A stretch of 64,000 nucleotides of DNA from Lytechinus pictus (lineage: Eukaryota): the NCBI RefSeq assembly GCF_037042905.1, contig NC_087245.1, positions 23,128,001 to 23,192,000 on the forward strand, written 5' to 3'. Below the pieces are notes generated by a model. The model was not told the origin of the DNA. It was given only the letters and a program-made list of their open reading frames with translations, and ran no database searches. The position numbers and the translations under genes were made by a program. Numbering within the stretch: the stretch's first letter is position 1; every line of letters begins with the position of its first letter. Positions 39,366 to 53,831 of this stretch are shown one piece after another.

Positions 39366-40676
39366 ATTCACTTAATTAAAGAGCGAATATTTTGAGTCAT
39401 TTTAGAGAGTAAAGATTATAATTATAATCATAATCAAGGTATGTGTTTTTGTATAGCATAAAGCTAGACACAATTCTCTGGTATTGGCTCTCACAACTCG
39501 TTCGAGGTTAAGGTTCCGTGGCCGCCGTCGGCAGGAGGGGGTGGGGTGGTGCGATCAACAACTGAAGGAATTGACTTCTTAGATCAAGGGTCCATACCAT
39601 CGTCTTTATTATCGTCCTATCGGGCAAACACTAATTAACTAATGCCATTGTTAATGTACATTATTTGTTGAGAAAAGTACGTTAATATTTCCATTTCCCT
39701 GTTCATTTTGCTAGCTCATTGATTTTATGCACTACATTCCAAAAGATATGATGAAAAGGTCATCAAATTATTCCCCAATTTATTTTCAGATGTCGACCAC
39801 AGATTCGAAGAATCCCCACTTGATAGACCGTACTGTGCCTTGTACGTGACCGATTAGAAAACAAATATCATCTCACGAAAAACAAACATTCTATTTAACA
39901 GTAGAATGCCAAATCCTGTCGATGACATTTTGAATCTAGCCCGCGGTAAACTGACCTGGCATGGAAGACGGTTCAGACATGTCTGAAGAAATCTTTGGAT
40001 TCAATTTCGGCATGTTCGATATTCTGTTTATCATGCCTTGCCTAGACTTATCTTCTGTTCTTGATTCCAAAGGACTTTCCAAACGACTTTCCTTTTATTT
40101 TACGCGGGAAGTGAGTTCATGGCGCTTCCATTTTTTTAATTCCTTCAAAATAATACTCCATTTCTGATTCAGGAGAGGGGGAGTGGGTGGTGAACTTGCT
40201 AGTTTCGGGTGAAACGATATCTGTAAACGATACATAATAATAGAAAGGCGGTCCTTACTTCCATACTGCTTTATGTATGCTTATATCTTTCCTAACCATA
40301 TTTTAATCATCTAATAAGATATTCGCATTCGACTGTTTGCGGTGCTAAGTTCGTATGAACACGCCACCAGCTCTCTCTTTCCCTTCTCTCCTACTTTTTT
40401 CTCTCTCTCTCTGTCTCTCTTGTCTCTAACCATTATGTGCCCTGTGGTTTGTTTGCAGTTTAAGTTTTTCATCTCTTAAATTTTCGACACCCATCCCCCC
40501 CCCCAATTCCCCCTCTCTCTTTATTTCCCCCTCTTTCTTTCTTTTTCACCCTCTCCATGCATGCGCACCTTCTCTCGGTCGAACTGGCATTATAGCATCA
40601 AATTAATTTGATCGTCATGGACAACATATAGCTATTCGCAAGTCAACAATTTTTTTAACACCATACATTTTTTTTC

Positions 40677-41272
40677 TTAAAGGACAAGTCCACCTTAACA
40701 AAAAATGATTTTAATAAAAAGAGAAAAATCCAACAAGCATATCACTGAAAACTTCATCAAAATCGGATGTAAAATAAGAAAGTTATGACATTCTAAATTT
40801 TCGCTTAACTTAAAAAAACAGTTATATGCACATCTTGGTTGGTATGCAAATGAGGAGACTGATGACGTCATCCACTCACTATATCCTTTGTATTTTATTA
40901 TATGAAATTTGAAATATCTAATTTTCTCCTCATTAACAAGTGAAACAATGATTAATTCCTCCCTGAACATGTGGAATTAGCATTGTTTTACTATATGGTT
41001 CAGTCAAGTTGGTCCTTATTGTAAAATAGGTAAAAAATGAAATATTGTATAATTCAAACAATAAAAAACAAAATACATTGTGAACGAGGGACATCATCGT
41101 CTGTCTCAAACGCACGTCACTGAGTTGTGCGTATCACTATTTTGTGAAAAATAAGCGAAACATTGAAATGTCATAACTTTCTTATTTTTCATCCGATTTT
41201 GATGAAATTTTCAGTTTTATGCTAGTTTGATTTTATTCAAATCAACATTTTTCTGGGTGGACTTGACCTTTC
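40677..41272. mobile_element. ~595-bp TTAA-type MITE (Kolobok-like), family A
   Basis: TTAA-AGGACAAGTCCACC...GGTGGACTTGACCT-TTCA; long imperfect inverted arms. Confidence 0.85.
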
Positions 41273-42958
41273 AGTGGGAAAATTATTATTCATTGATTCT
41301 GCGCTCTTTGTCTAAATAACTGTATAAGATTAATGTAGATGTGATAAACTTGGTATTTTAGGGGTACTTAGTTACCCATACATGTAATTATTTTCCAAAA
41401 AGCTGATCTATCCACAGATCCTACTATAGGATCCATGATTTGCCAAAAAAGCAAAGGCGACAAATTATATCCTTGAGGGAATGTGGTTGCCTGGCCGGGA
41501 TGATGATTCGGTGCTTAAAATTTTAAACAGCGTTTTTACAGTGCATGTTGCAACAGCTTTAGAATAACTCTTCCAAACTCTACTGAATACCAGAGCTTGT
41601 TTAAAGCAATTAAGCAATCCACTGCAACATTCGTTTGATTGTTCGTCACTTTACAATCATAAAGAGGATCAACATTATAGAGTCCCCAAAATACAAACAT
41701 AATGGTAAGAACTATTCTAAAGAAAATAGAATAAAATTGTGTGTATAAAAAGTACCTTAACATTAATGTATAAGAAAAGATAAAAATATGAGAGACGATT
41801 GGAAAGTCAATTCCAAGGTCAGTAGCTGGTCTTCCATGGAACCCCCCCCCCAAAAAAAAAAAAATGTGACAGATTCTATCAAAGAGCTTCAAATAAATGT
41901 GTGGCATCTGTTTAAATTGCGCTTATATACCTGATGAAAATCGTGGGATTTCCTGAGTTTTTAATGATTTTTTTTTTCTCTTTAATCAATTCATCAAATT
42001 CAGGTATTATTCGGGTATCCATGAGCAAATAATATTATTACAAAATTTGCCCGTTATCATTAGCAAATTTCGTATAGACGAGAAAGCAGAATGTAATCAT
42101 CTTTCAAACTCGGGAGGAAAAGAGTAAAGTCTGAGTGGTGATATAGATTATGTTCTCTCTTTGAGTCGATCAACACAGGTTCTACAAGCCACGAACCATC
42201 TCCTTTATCAACGTGGTAAAGGTTTGTAATATCTTCCCAAAAAATATTTACAAAAGTCTTGTTGTGACTCAGTTTTTCACATAAAACGGAAATAAGATCT
42301 CAGAAGTCATTGTCATTTAGGAACATTACGATATTGTTATATCTACAGCATGCAAGTGTTATTTTTACAGAATTACTTTCGTCGTACATCCATCCTTGTG
42401 AAAACTGTCGTTGTTTGATGCTTTTCTCTATGTTTTAAAGTGATGTCTATATTTTGGTTGATTTGACCGTTTAAATCGAAACGATGATGGAAAAGCGATT
42501 TTCGCTCAGAGAGGACTGCGGATATTATGAGAACCCTTCTTCTTAGGCAAAGGGTTGGGGTCACTGTGACCAGTAGAATATACTCCAAAGTTTGAACAAA
42601 ATAAAAACAAACAGAGAAGCTCTAGTTATTTGTAAATCCGTGTTTGATGAATAGAAATATGTTTCATGGTGTCACTAACGAAGAGTAGAGCCGGTTCATC
42701 TCCGTTGGTCGAGAGGTGTTAAAACGTGGATGCGTGTGTTTGGTTTTCTCCACCAACTGTTTAGCAAGTGGATTTGAATATGTTTATGCAGGTGTATGGT
42801 ATTTGCTATGAAGAAAGGAATATATTTGTTAATTTTTTTCTAAAGAAATGTTTTTGATAGAAGGGATAAGGAACAACATTCCATTATAGTTTGGAATAAC
42901 ACTAGGTTGCCTCTGTGTCATCAATAATGCAGACCTATTCATAGACCCTATTTTTTGT

Positions 42959-43565
42959 TTAAAGGGGAATCCAGCCTTGGCCATAAAATGTTGTGTTGGG
43001 AAGGAGAAAAATAAATTTAACAGAATGGTGAAAGTTTGAAAGAAATTGGACAAGCAATACGAAAGTTATAGCTGTTTTAAACTTGAGATCACTAATACTA
43101 TGTAGATTTCAAATTGGCAACTGGGGAAGTAAATTATGACAAGGGCAAGGACAACTTTCCCATAGGCCATGTACTTTATTATCAGGGATTTGTGGTTTTC
43201 TCCTAAGTACCCATTCCATTCCCCTGGGGCAGTAATCTAAACATAACCCAGGTAGTATATTGTTTTATGTCTTCATGAAAGAAAAATATAATTTGAAATA
43301 AAACTTTTAGGAATAATGACATTTTAGCCATAATATGTATTGGAGTACATGAAAGAGTAGTCCTTGCCTTACATCACTATGACATCCCATATGCGGCCAA
43401 TTTGAAGTCTCCATGGGTATAGTGATTACCAAGATTTACAACTTTTAAAAATTCATAACTTTCTTGTTGTTTGTCCAATATTGTTCAAACTTTCACCTAT
43501 CAACTTGTCAGATTTTTCTTTTCCTTATAAAAACAAGTTTTCATTTGGGTTGGATTTCCCTTTAA
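42959..43565. mobile_element. ~600-bp TTAA-type MITE (Kolobok-like), family C
   Basis: TTAA-AGGGGAATCCAGCC...GGTTGGATTTCCCT-TTAA. Confidence 0.85.
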
Positions 43566-44826
43566 CAGAAGAGGTACGTGGTGTCTGACCAATATCTTCT
43601 TCAACTGACATAATTATATATGGTTTGAACAAAGGCTAAATTTCCATTCAAAGGCTAACCCAATTGGACAATCCTGACCGTCATACTATTACTCCAATCT
43701 GCAATCGCAATGCTTTGTGATTTTAAATAGAAATACGGTTAAATTCTTATACTGTAATCAAATGAATATTAAAACAAAAACCATACTGAATCGTTCGTAA
43801 TTGTATGAACTTACAACTCGGCGTTTATTATACAACGTGTAGGTACAACTCGTACAAGCATGGATAGGATTGCGCTCTGCTTGTATCCATCACCAGTACT
43901 TACCACGTGATCACACAGAAAGGCGCCACGCACAGCCTTGAGATTACGTAATCCATCTTCACTCCACTCGTGCCTACAGCTCCGACAAACAACTCCCCAT
44001 CTTCTCATCATTATGTGTTTGTTATCTGATTACTATTGATAATCCTTCACGCGAGGTTAGACCTCAGGGTAGTAATCAAAAGAAATGAAAAATTATTTTC
44101 GAGCATGTGCAAGCAAAAAAAAATCAAAAGCTCATTAGTGAAGAGGAATCGGTCACCAAAACGAAGTCTGAAAAGAGTCTTCGATGAGTGAAAATGTTTG
44201 ATGCAAGAAACAAACCATGCTTTCACCAAGGACTATCCATGCATTCATTCCTCATAATTGGTCCCTCGTTGAATTTACGTTTTAATATTATGATTGATTT
44301 TTTTAACCCAATATTTTCGTCATAATTTTTCTCTGAATAGAAATAATATGAAGCTCTAATATCAAACAATGTCAGCTTTTCATTTGGTGACAGAGATCCA
44401 TCTTTGTTTTGTATATAGCGATTTTAGATCGTTTATGAATGTATAATGAACAAATAAATTCCCTCTTGTGTGGACTAAAAAGAAAGATCAGTTTGGTGAC
44501 AGGAAGAGTTTGGTTTATGGGTTTTTGTAGTCGATGAAAGATTGGATGCTGCTTGGTCATCAGATGGACGGATAATAATTCTTGTCAAAGCCACAAACGG
44601 AAGGACAATTCGTAAAAGGATTCAGTCTGCAAGTGATTTGAGGAAATTGTGATGTCTGAACTATAAATAAACTCAATCTTGACATGGAACTGTATTGTTC
44701 TCTCTCGATGATAATGTATATATTATTGCCAATGCCCATTACTTACAATTCTCATATTTGTATTATCTTTTACCCCCATTTTATAGAGTGATTGTTTTAT
44801 TGAACTATAGGATTTATTTTGTGTGA

Positions 44827-47800
44827 ATGAGTGTGTGTGTTCATTGTGAGAGCTCTACTCTTTTCTCTACTCAGTCATGGCTATGTCAGTATTGTTGTGC
44901 TACTATTTTTCCATTCAATCATGTTGAAGATGATAGTGAATTTCATTGGACCTTATTTGATTATTTCAATTTAAACAAGACGATTGATATCGAGCATTTG
45001 TTGAAATTGAAATTAAATCCCTTTTCAATGAACAAAACTGATACTAATGAATTTTCTGATCCAGACATTCGTCTTGACAGTGCATGTGAATATATATTTT
45101 GTGAAGAATTCAGTAGACAGTTTAGCAATGTTAAGTCAAAACTATCTATCTTTCACTTAAATGCTCGAAGCCTAAATAAAAATTTCGATGAAATGGAAAT
45201 TGTTTTATCATCTTTAAACTTTGAATTTGATATAATTGCTGTTACTGAAACTTGGTTTAGTACTTCTACAAATATAGAAATGTATAAATTAGATGGTTAT
45301 TCACTTGTTTCTAAATGTAGACCTTCCAAGACTGGTGGTGGAGTTGCTCTATACTTGAAAGATAATCTTACTTATAATTTGTTGTCTGAATATACTTGTT
45401 CTGAACCTAATTATGAAATGGTATTTGTTGAAATTGCCAACAACCCCAAACCTACCGTTATTGCTTGTGTTTATCGTCCACCAGACTCTGATATATCTTG
45501 CTTTGATGACAAATTACAGAATGTTCTAGAAACACTGGGGAGAGAAAGAAATGATATCTATATTTGTGGTGACTTTAATATAAACTTATTGAACTATGGT
45601 TCCCACAATAAAACAAATGAATTTTTAGATACTATGTTTTCATTTAATTTATATCCTTTAATATCAAAACCATCTCGAATTACTGACAAAAAAGCATCAA
45701 TGATCGATAATATTTTTACAAATACTATACAAGATGAAAAACAAAAAGGTCTTATTTATAGTGAAATTTCGGATCACTTTCCAGTGTTTTCGATATCATG
45801 TGATAATCATGCAAAGCCTGTTGTAAAAAATATTAAGAAGCGTGTTATTAATGATTCAACTTTGTCAATATTTAAAGAATGTTTATCATGTACTGATTGG
45901 AGTGATGTTTATATTTGTGAAAATGCCAATGAATCATATGACTTGTTTTTTGATAAATTTAATGTAATGTATAACAAATGTTTTCCTATTAAATCAATGA
46001 ATCAAAATAGAAAATCACATAAACCTTGGATTACACAAGGGATATTGAAATCGGTTAAGCATAAACATAGATTATATGTAAAAAGTATAAAGAGACCTAG
46101 TTCTAGTCATAAAAACAAATATTTAGAGTATAAAAATAAGTTAACAAATATCATCAGAACATCAAAAATGAAATATTATGAGTCTTTATTTTGTAACTTA
46201 AAAAATGATATGAAAAAAACATGGTCTCAAATTAATATAATACTTGGTCGAAATAAACATAATAAACTACCTCAAACCATGTATGATAGAAATGTGAAAA
46301 TAAGTGGTAAGAAAAATATTGCACAACATTTTAACAACTTTTTTATTAGTGTAGGTAAAAAACTTACCTCATCATTTCAAAATCAAAGTTACTCTTTTGA
46401 AAAATACCTGTCAAAACCAAACTTAAGTTCATTTTTTGCTAGGTCAACAACTACTCATGAAATTGTCCAATTATCTCATCTTTTAAACATTGATAAATCA
46501 AGTGGACCTGATTCTTTTTCCCCTAAAGTTGTTAAAAAATGTATAAATAGCTTTGTTAATCCACTATGTGACATATTTAATAAGTCTTTGAATAGTGGAA
46601 TAGTCCCAAACAGACTAAAGGTGGCAAAGATTGTACCCCTTCACAAGAAAAATGATATTAATGATGTAGAAAATTACAGACCCATTGCCCTTTTATCAGT
46701 TTTTGCAAAATTATTAGAAAAGGTTATGCATAAAAGACTATATGATTTTTTACTTAAATGTGACATTTTGACTTCAAAACAATTTGGCTTTCGTCAAAAC
46801 TATAGTACTGATTTGAGCCTAGTTAATTTTACAAATGATATCCTCCGTGAAATTTCTAATGATATGTTTTGCTATGGAGTATTTATGGACTTATCCAAAG
46901 CATTTGACACCATCGACCACCATATTTTACTTAAAAAATTATATCATTATGGTATTCGTGGTGTTCCACACCAATGGTTTTCTGATTATTTACTTAACAG
47001 AAAACAGTATGTGGTGGTCGATGGTGTTGAATCTGATTATATGAATGTTGACATTGGAGTACCACAGGGATCAGTACTTGGACCGCTTCTTTTTATTATT
47101 TATATTAATGATATTGTCAATTCGTCTAAATTACTTAATTTTTCATTATTTGCAGATGACACTGTCGTGTATCATTCACATTCTAACATACTACAACTGG
47201 TTTCCCTTTTAAATGAAGAATTAGATAAATTGAATGTTTGGTTTAAATGTAATAAGCTGTTTTTAAATAATGATAAGACAAAATATGTTATTTTTCATAA
47301 GAAGAAAAAAAAATACCTAATTCAATTGAATCTGTTAAAATAGACAACGTTTTTATTGAACGTAAGCAAAATATATTTTTCTTGGGTATTTACATCGAGG
47401 AGTGTCTTGATTGGAAATGTCATATTGATTATGTCTGTTCTAAAATTTCTCGTAGTACTGGTGTCTTGTATAAATTAAAAAATATTCTCCCAAGGAACAT
47501 ATTAATGAAAATTTATAATTCAACAATCCTTCCACATTTAAATTATTGCAATGTTATTTGGGGAAATACATACAAAACAAAACTAGACAAAATTTACAAG
47601 TTACAGAAACGCATAGCTCGGTTAATTACAAATAGTCATCATTTATCCTCAAGTTTGCCACTGTTTTTAAAAATGAAAATTATTCCTGTAACTTACTTAA
47701 TAAAGCTTAATACATCCATGTTCATGTTCAAATTTCACAAAAACCTTTTACCGCCTGTTTTTATTGGTATGTTCCAACAAAATTCTGCATTTCATAATTA

Positions 47801-47993
47801 TCCAACTCGTCAAAGCAAAAACTTACACATTCCTCTTTGCCATTCAACATTACTCTATAATTCTTTATCTTCTGTTGGGGTACGTGAATGGAATAATCTA
47901 AATTTCGATATAAGATCCAGTACTACGATAAATCGATTTAAGTGTCTGTATAAGAAACTTATATTTAGTAAAATGTTTTCCATGGCTGAGTAG
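44827..47993 (+). pseudogene. LINE ORF2 endonuclease/reverse transcriptase with a single frameshift
   Basis: Motifs HLNARSL, VTETW, GGGVALY, CGDFN, SDHFPV (APE) and NYRPIALL, DLSKAFD, GVPQGSVLGP, FADDT (RT). Adding one A to the A9 run at 47305-47313 joins ORF 44827-47343 to ORF 47382-47993 (HKKKKKIPNSIESVKIDNVFIERKQNIFFLGIY). Confidence 0.9.
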
Positions 47994-48388
47994 GATACTT
48001 ATCTATTTCATCTTCTAAAGTTTTTTGTTAATTTATTCTTTTTACTTGCTTGTATCACTCTCTTTCCTTTCCTTCTTTTCTCTATGATCTCGAGCTATGT
48101 GTTTGCTGTGTTTGGATTGATGCTTGGATGTACATGTATTAGGATGGGTATGTACGTGAGTGTATGGGTGCATGGGTGTGTGTATGTGTACAGACTAATA
48201 TTTTACATGTATTTTTATGTAGGGCCCAGTTTACAAGCAGTTTTGCTTCTTTTGGGTCCTGGCCATTTTTGAATTGTTATCTTGTTTGTCAATGATTGAT
48301 TTGTATGATACTTATTTTATGATGTTCATGTACTATGTTGATTTTAAATGGTCAAATAAATGAAATGAAATGAAATGAAATGAAATGA
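44827..48388 (+). mobile_element. CR1-group LINE (L2/Crack/Daphne-like), ORF2 plus 3' UTR and (TGAAA)n tail
   Basis: APE endonuclease and RT domains; AATAAA followed by (TGAAA)n at 48355-48388. No ORF1 or TSD recognised. Confidence 0.93.
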
Positions 48389-49029
48389 TAATTTATGGTG
48401 GATTGCCTGGACACCCCCCCCCCCCCATACACATTGTCAAACCCGACATGCAGCCCCATAACCCCGCGTCGCGACCGCCTGGTAGTGAATGACCACTCTG
48501 AAAATATCTTAATTGATATATATTTTTTTGAAATATGAAATCATAGTTCATTGAATATATAATTCCATATAAATGCATATGAATGCATATGAATACCATG
48601 TGGGTGCATGGCCGTACGCAGCGGGGGTGGGGGAGGGGGCAGTTACCCCCAGATATTTTGAAAACCTATCTTTTTACTGAAAATTTTCACAAAATTCACC
48701 AAAATTGTGCAGAAAATCCTTCACTTTTACTTTAGAGAACGCAAATGTGCCCCAATGACAAGCTTGGTCGTTTCGTTCACTCGCTTTCAAGTTTCTTCGA
48801 TTTTTAATACGTCTTGCGCCCCCCCCCCCCCCCAATAAAAAAAAAACAATCTGCGTACGGGTGGGTGTGTCATAAAGCTGTTCGTATGTTGCGAACTGGT
48901 GACCCTTTTTGTGCTAAATGATATATCCCTATGTAACTGACTGAGCACCAAAGAACATGTTCCAAACATGTGTAACTTTACGTAAACCTTCATGAAATAC
49001 TTACAATGACGTGTAAAAATTTTCTTGTA

Positions 49030-49395
49030 ATCTTTAAGAGTGTTGTTCCCTTTACAATGTTAATCTCCATTTCTATATTTGCAAAAAAATTATCTTCTGG
49101 CATAAACGTGTTCATTATTTTCTTCAGGCGATTCACCCCGGATGATTGCGTACATAATTATGTTACCATGGCGACATATTACATAAGGGCTGTTATACTA
49201 GCGTTTGGGAGTAATGATTTTTAGAAGAGTTCCCTTTACCATGTTAACCATCATTTCTATATTACAAAAAAAAACTGTGATGCGAATTATCTTCTTGCAT
49301 AAACGTGTTCATTATTTTCTTCATTTTCTTTGCGTACATAATTATGTTACCATGGTGACATATTACATAAGGGCTGTTGTACTAGCGTTTGTGGG
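49030..49395. repeat. Two-copy ~180-bp tandem duplication
   Basis: gttccctttac...cataaacgtgttcattatttt...ctagcgttt occurs twice. Confidence 0.8.
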
Positions 49396-51353
49396 TATTA
49401 AGGTACTCCTATTTAAACAAAAGACGGAAAGTGGCTTTTTGAAAGGCTGAGTATTAATCTCATACCTCCTCAGAACAGATATGAGTAGGCCAACCTATTA
49501 TCATGATATTGCTACTTGTTTATTTGTTGGTGTTATTACTTTAATTCAAGCATGACTAGGAATGCTAGTGAGTTTCAAGAAAATCATTCTTAAAAGACTG
49601 AAGAAAAGAATAAACTTTACGGCGGATTAATATAGCTAATTACAGTAACTAGTGATATCATTAATTTTTGAAAAAAACGAGTTTTCTAATATATTCAAGT
49701 TTGATCAGGTTTTATCTATATTGAAAATGAAACCGTTCACAATTCATTCAGATATACTTTTAATGGTTGCACGATTACTTCGGATAATACTATAGAAGCA
49801 TTTTTATGTTGGAATTTCGGAATACGAATAGCTTATTGAAAATATAAATATTTAATTAAAAAAAACTTTAAAAACCGCCGTAAAAGAAATAGAAGATACA
49901 TATATAGAAATAGCAGCACTGGTAGTAGTGCACCGTTATTATTGTTGTACATATAGAAATATTAAAAGACGTGGAAACGTGAAAAGAATTCCCGGTGAGA
50001 ATAAATTCACAAAGCTTTCTATATATACCAAAGAGGAGGAAGAGGAGCATGAGAAAAAGTACCGCCAAAGATATTACGTAACCTTGGGCGTTAATGGGGA
50101 GACTTCACAGCGTGTGACTGCACTCATTAGCGAGCATACACAATGTCATTCAGACAGTACTGTGCAATCAAATGTTACAAAGAACAGAATGCGAGGAAGA
50201 AGTGGTACAAATATGAAGAGCAAACCGTTTTATTATAGAGAGAATGTAGAAAGCGTTTCCCCCCCCCCTCCAACGGTAAAGACATTAATGAGAAGATACA
50301 AAATATACCCACTATCTATATATGCTGTATTGTCTCTGGTCTTTCCCCACTGACGATCAATCATTTATTTTGGAAACTACCATTTAATTATTTCATCTCA
50401 TTAACATAACATCTAACATTATTTGAAAAATACTTTGTTACATCACACGCAGGAAAGATTAAAACATATTCTTTCTTGTTCCAAAATTTGATCAGAATAG
50501 AATAGAAAAAAGAGGATAATTGCTTTCTTTAAAGCGGGATTTCATGAATCTACTCATTGAAGGGTTCTTTTTTTTTCTTTCATGCCGAGTATAACAAAGA
50601 AACTGGTAGAATGGTGTATATAATGTATTTTTTTAATGTATTTCAATAGAATGAAAATGTAATTTGTATTGAAAATACAGAGCGTTTAATCTTAAAAAGT
50701 TACGAAGGGATGAATGACCACCCATTTAAGCCATATTTCTTTGGAGGCGCGCGGCTTCTACTACTTTTGTACAACGTCGTATTTTTTTTCCACATCATAA
50801 ATTTCGATTTTAAAAATGATATAACACGCCGAATTTCTTACAAAATCAATAATAAATGTAAAAATTATCGACTTTTGGCTCAATTAATTAGCTCGCTCAC
50901 ACCTTTTTTTTCCAAAGCCCAACCCTAAAAAATATTGACACGATCGCATCGTCTTACAAACTGGAAGATGCACATAAACTGAAGAGGGGTTTTCATTTTA
51001 GAGAGTCAGTGGCGGCTTCCCCGTAGTCCGGTAGGAGACTATATACGTGAAGTTTATTTGCCGTGATCGTGGTAATAAAACAGGCTGGAAATATAGACTG
51101 GCAATTTAGCAGGCTGCTACATAATACAAATCATGGAATACAGTGATATGATCATGTAGATGTAACCATGTGATTGGAATCAAAATTTGAAATACTAGTA
51201 AACATTCATTATAGTAAAAGAAAATGTGGGTATCGATTGAAAAACAACAACCATATACAGATACAGAAATAAAGCAAACTAAGGGGGAAAATTGATACAT
51301 TTATAATATTATAAAACAAAGCATGGTTTATATAGCTCACTCAGACCCGACGT

Positions 51354-52949
51354 TTAAAGGACAAGTCCACCCCAACAAAAAGTTGATTTGAATAAAAAGA
51401 GAAAAATCCAACAAGCATAACACTGAAAATTTCATCAAGATCGGATGTAAAATAAGGAAGTTATGACATTTTGAAGTTTCGCTTAATTTCACAAAAATAG
51501 TTATATGCACATCCTGGTCGGTATGCAAATGAGGAAACTGATGACGTCATACACTCACTATTTCTTTTGTATTTTATTATATGAAATATGAAATATTCTA
51601 ATTTTATCCTCATTGTCAAATATCATATTGCAAAATATGTCAAATATCATATTGTTACATATCATATTGCAACATAGTTTGGGGTAACTGTGGTAATACA
51701 AAACTTAATTCGATTTTCTTGTTACAAAAAAGAGCAGTACGTATTTGTACAGGATCACAATATCTCGCTAGATCCAGTCCTTTATTTTTTAAATTAAGAA
51801 CTTTAAAAATTTCAGATATAAATACATATCAAGCTGCTATCTTCATGTTCAAATACAAAAAGGGAATACTTCCCCCTTCCTTTCAAAATATGTTCACAAT
51901 CAACAACACCATTCACTCGTATCCAACACGAAACTCTGACAAATTTCATCTCACAAATCCAAAACTAATAATAGCACACAAATCAATTAGACATTACGGT
52001 GCAGATTTATGGAACAATTTGTCACCTGAAATTAAGTTATGCTCTACACTTTATTCATTCAAGGCTGTTTTGAAGAGAAATACACTGTTAAAATAAAATA
52101 CCTAAAATTTATGTGTGTTACGTACCAACCGATATTACAACCCCCCCCCCCTCCCCTGCACTTGCACTCTCGCACACTTGCACTTTAACTTTTATCAACA
52201 TGATTATAACTTCCTCATTTTAATTTTTCTTTCCCTATCTACTTTTTTGGTAATATTTCTATTATTTTGTGCAATAAAAGATAAGTCTCTTTTATTGCAC
52301 TGTTTGTCTGATTTTCCTTCCCCTTTCCTTTTGAGGCCTTTATCAATTTCAAGCTCTAAGCTTATATGAAGGTCTCCCACATTTCAAAATGTATTATTGT
52401 TGATATATGTATATATATTTTTTTCTGCTATTTTTTTTAACAATAAAAAATAAGAAATTTATCAGATATAAGTATATTTCAATTAGATTGTATATCATGC
52501 ATATGTTATTAATTATATCATTTGCTTATTATGTTATGCTAAGAAAAAAAAATGATTACACTTGTATATGCTTTTTTTGGAATGTGGAAATAAATAAATC
52601 AAATCAAATCAAAATGAAACAACGATTAATTCCTCCCTGAACATATGGAATTAGCATTGTTTAATACTATATGGTTTAGTCAAGTTGGCCCCTATTGTCA
52701 GATCTGAAAAATAGAATAGAAAAAAAATAGAAAACAAAAGAAAAAGTGAGTGAGTGACATCATCGACTGACTCATTTGCATGTCACTGAGTCGTGCATAT
52801 CACTGTTTTGTGAAAAATAAGCGAAACTCTAAAATGCCATAACTTTCTTATTTTACATCCGATTTTGATGAAATTTTCAGCGTTATGCTTGTTTTATTTT
52901 TCTCTAAATATTCAAATCAATATTTTTCTGGGGTGGACTTGACCTTTAA
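51354..52949. mobile_element. Family A TTAA-type MITE split by a LINE fragment
   Basis: TTAA-AGGACAAGTCCACCCC...GGGGTGGACTTGACCT-TTAA; halves 51354-51620 and 52613-52949 match 40677-41272. Confidence 0.88.
51621..52612 (+). mobile_element. 5'-truncated CR1-group LINE (ORF2 C-terminus, 3' UTR, (AAATC)n tail)
   Basis: YCNIVWGNCGNTKLNSIFLLQKRAVRIC...HSYPTR...GADLWNNL is homologous to 47382-47993; AATAAA plus AAATC repeats at 52589-52612. Confidence 0.88.
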
Positions 52950-53683
52950 ATGTGTATGAGGGGCCTGAATTTTGAGAGCTGAAAAGTGTTAGAAAATCAA
53001 ATAACCAAGAAGTCAAAGTTAATGGTTTAGTGTAATATATAAACCAATATCCCTCTATTCTTTCCTTCTGACAGACATCTGACATGAGCGTAGGCAAAGA
53101 CACTTTTAAAACTTTATAAAGAGTTACTGTAATTGGCTGATACTGTCTACCATGTTGTTACAATGAAATAGGCCAATATCAGGACATGTGTATTGTGAAT
53201 CCGACTCCGGTTGTTACTATTCCATTCTTTTTCCAATCACTACCAAGTGTCGATCAAGCCATGTACCTAAAGGTCCATGCTCAAATAAACTTCCCTCGTT
53301 GAGCGTTGGCCATTGAGATAAGATATTCAATCTCACTAAGAAGATTATCGTAATTATGATGATGGCCCTCTCTTAATCCTCATGTTCCTTTTATCCGGAC
53401 TTGACGGACAGACATTAATACAAAGACCAACAGGTGAAAGAACATGATACAAAGAAAATGATGGTCGTGCAGCTTTCCGGGTTTTATATTGCAGGTATTT
53501 TTAAAAAGGCTATAGAGAATAAGCATTAACTACACTATTAAAAGGGATTAGTCGTATGGATCAATATGACTGGAGAATATAATGTGTCCGATGATAAACC
53601 ATACCCTTGGTTAGAATCTACCTAAAATCTAGTTGGTTTGACCATTATTTTTGGTAGGAAACACGTGAAAAAAATATTGGTAA

Positions 53684-53831
53684 TATCTCAGTCACATTTG
53701 CTCTACTGCGGCCGTATACGGCAAGTCGAAAACACCATTATGTAGCTGGTAAATCAATGTTAAAACGGCTGTTTTCGACTCGCCCTACGGCCGCCGTAGA
53801 GCAAATGCCGGAGCAAATGTGACTGAGGTAT
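53684..53831. mobile_element. Short palindromic MITE
   Basis: ATATCTCAGTCACATTTGCTC...GAGCAAATGTGACTGAGGTAT with internal symmetry. Confidence 0.75.

Noticed and set aside
39950..40035. Possible minus-strand first exon (MINRISNMPKLNPKISSDMSEPSSMP, then GTCAGT)
   Set aside because: No downstream exon could be linked and no homology was recognised; compatible with chance.
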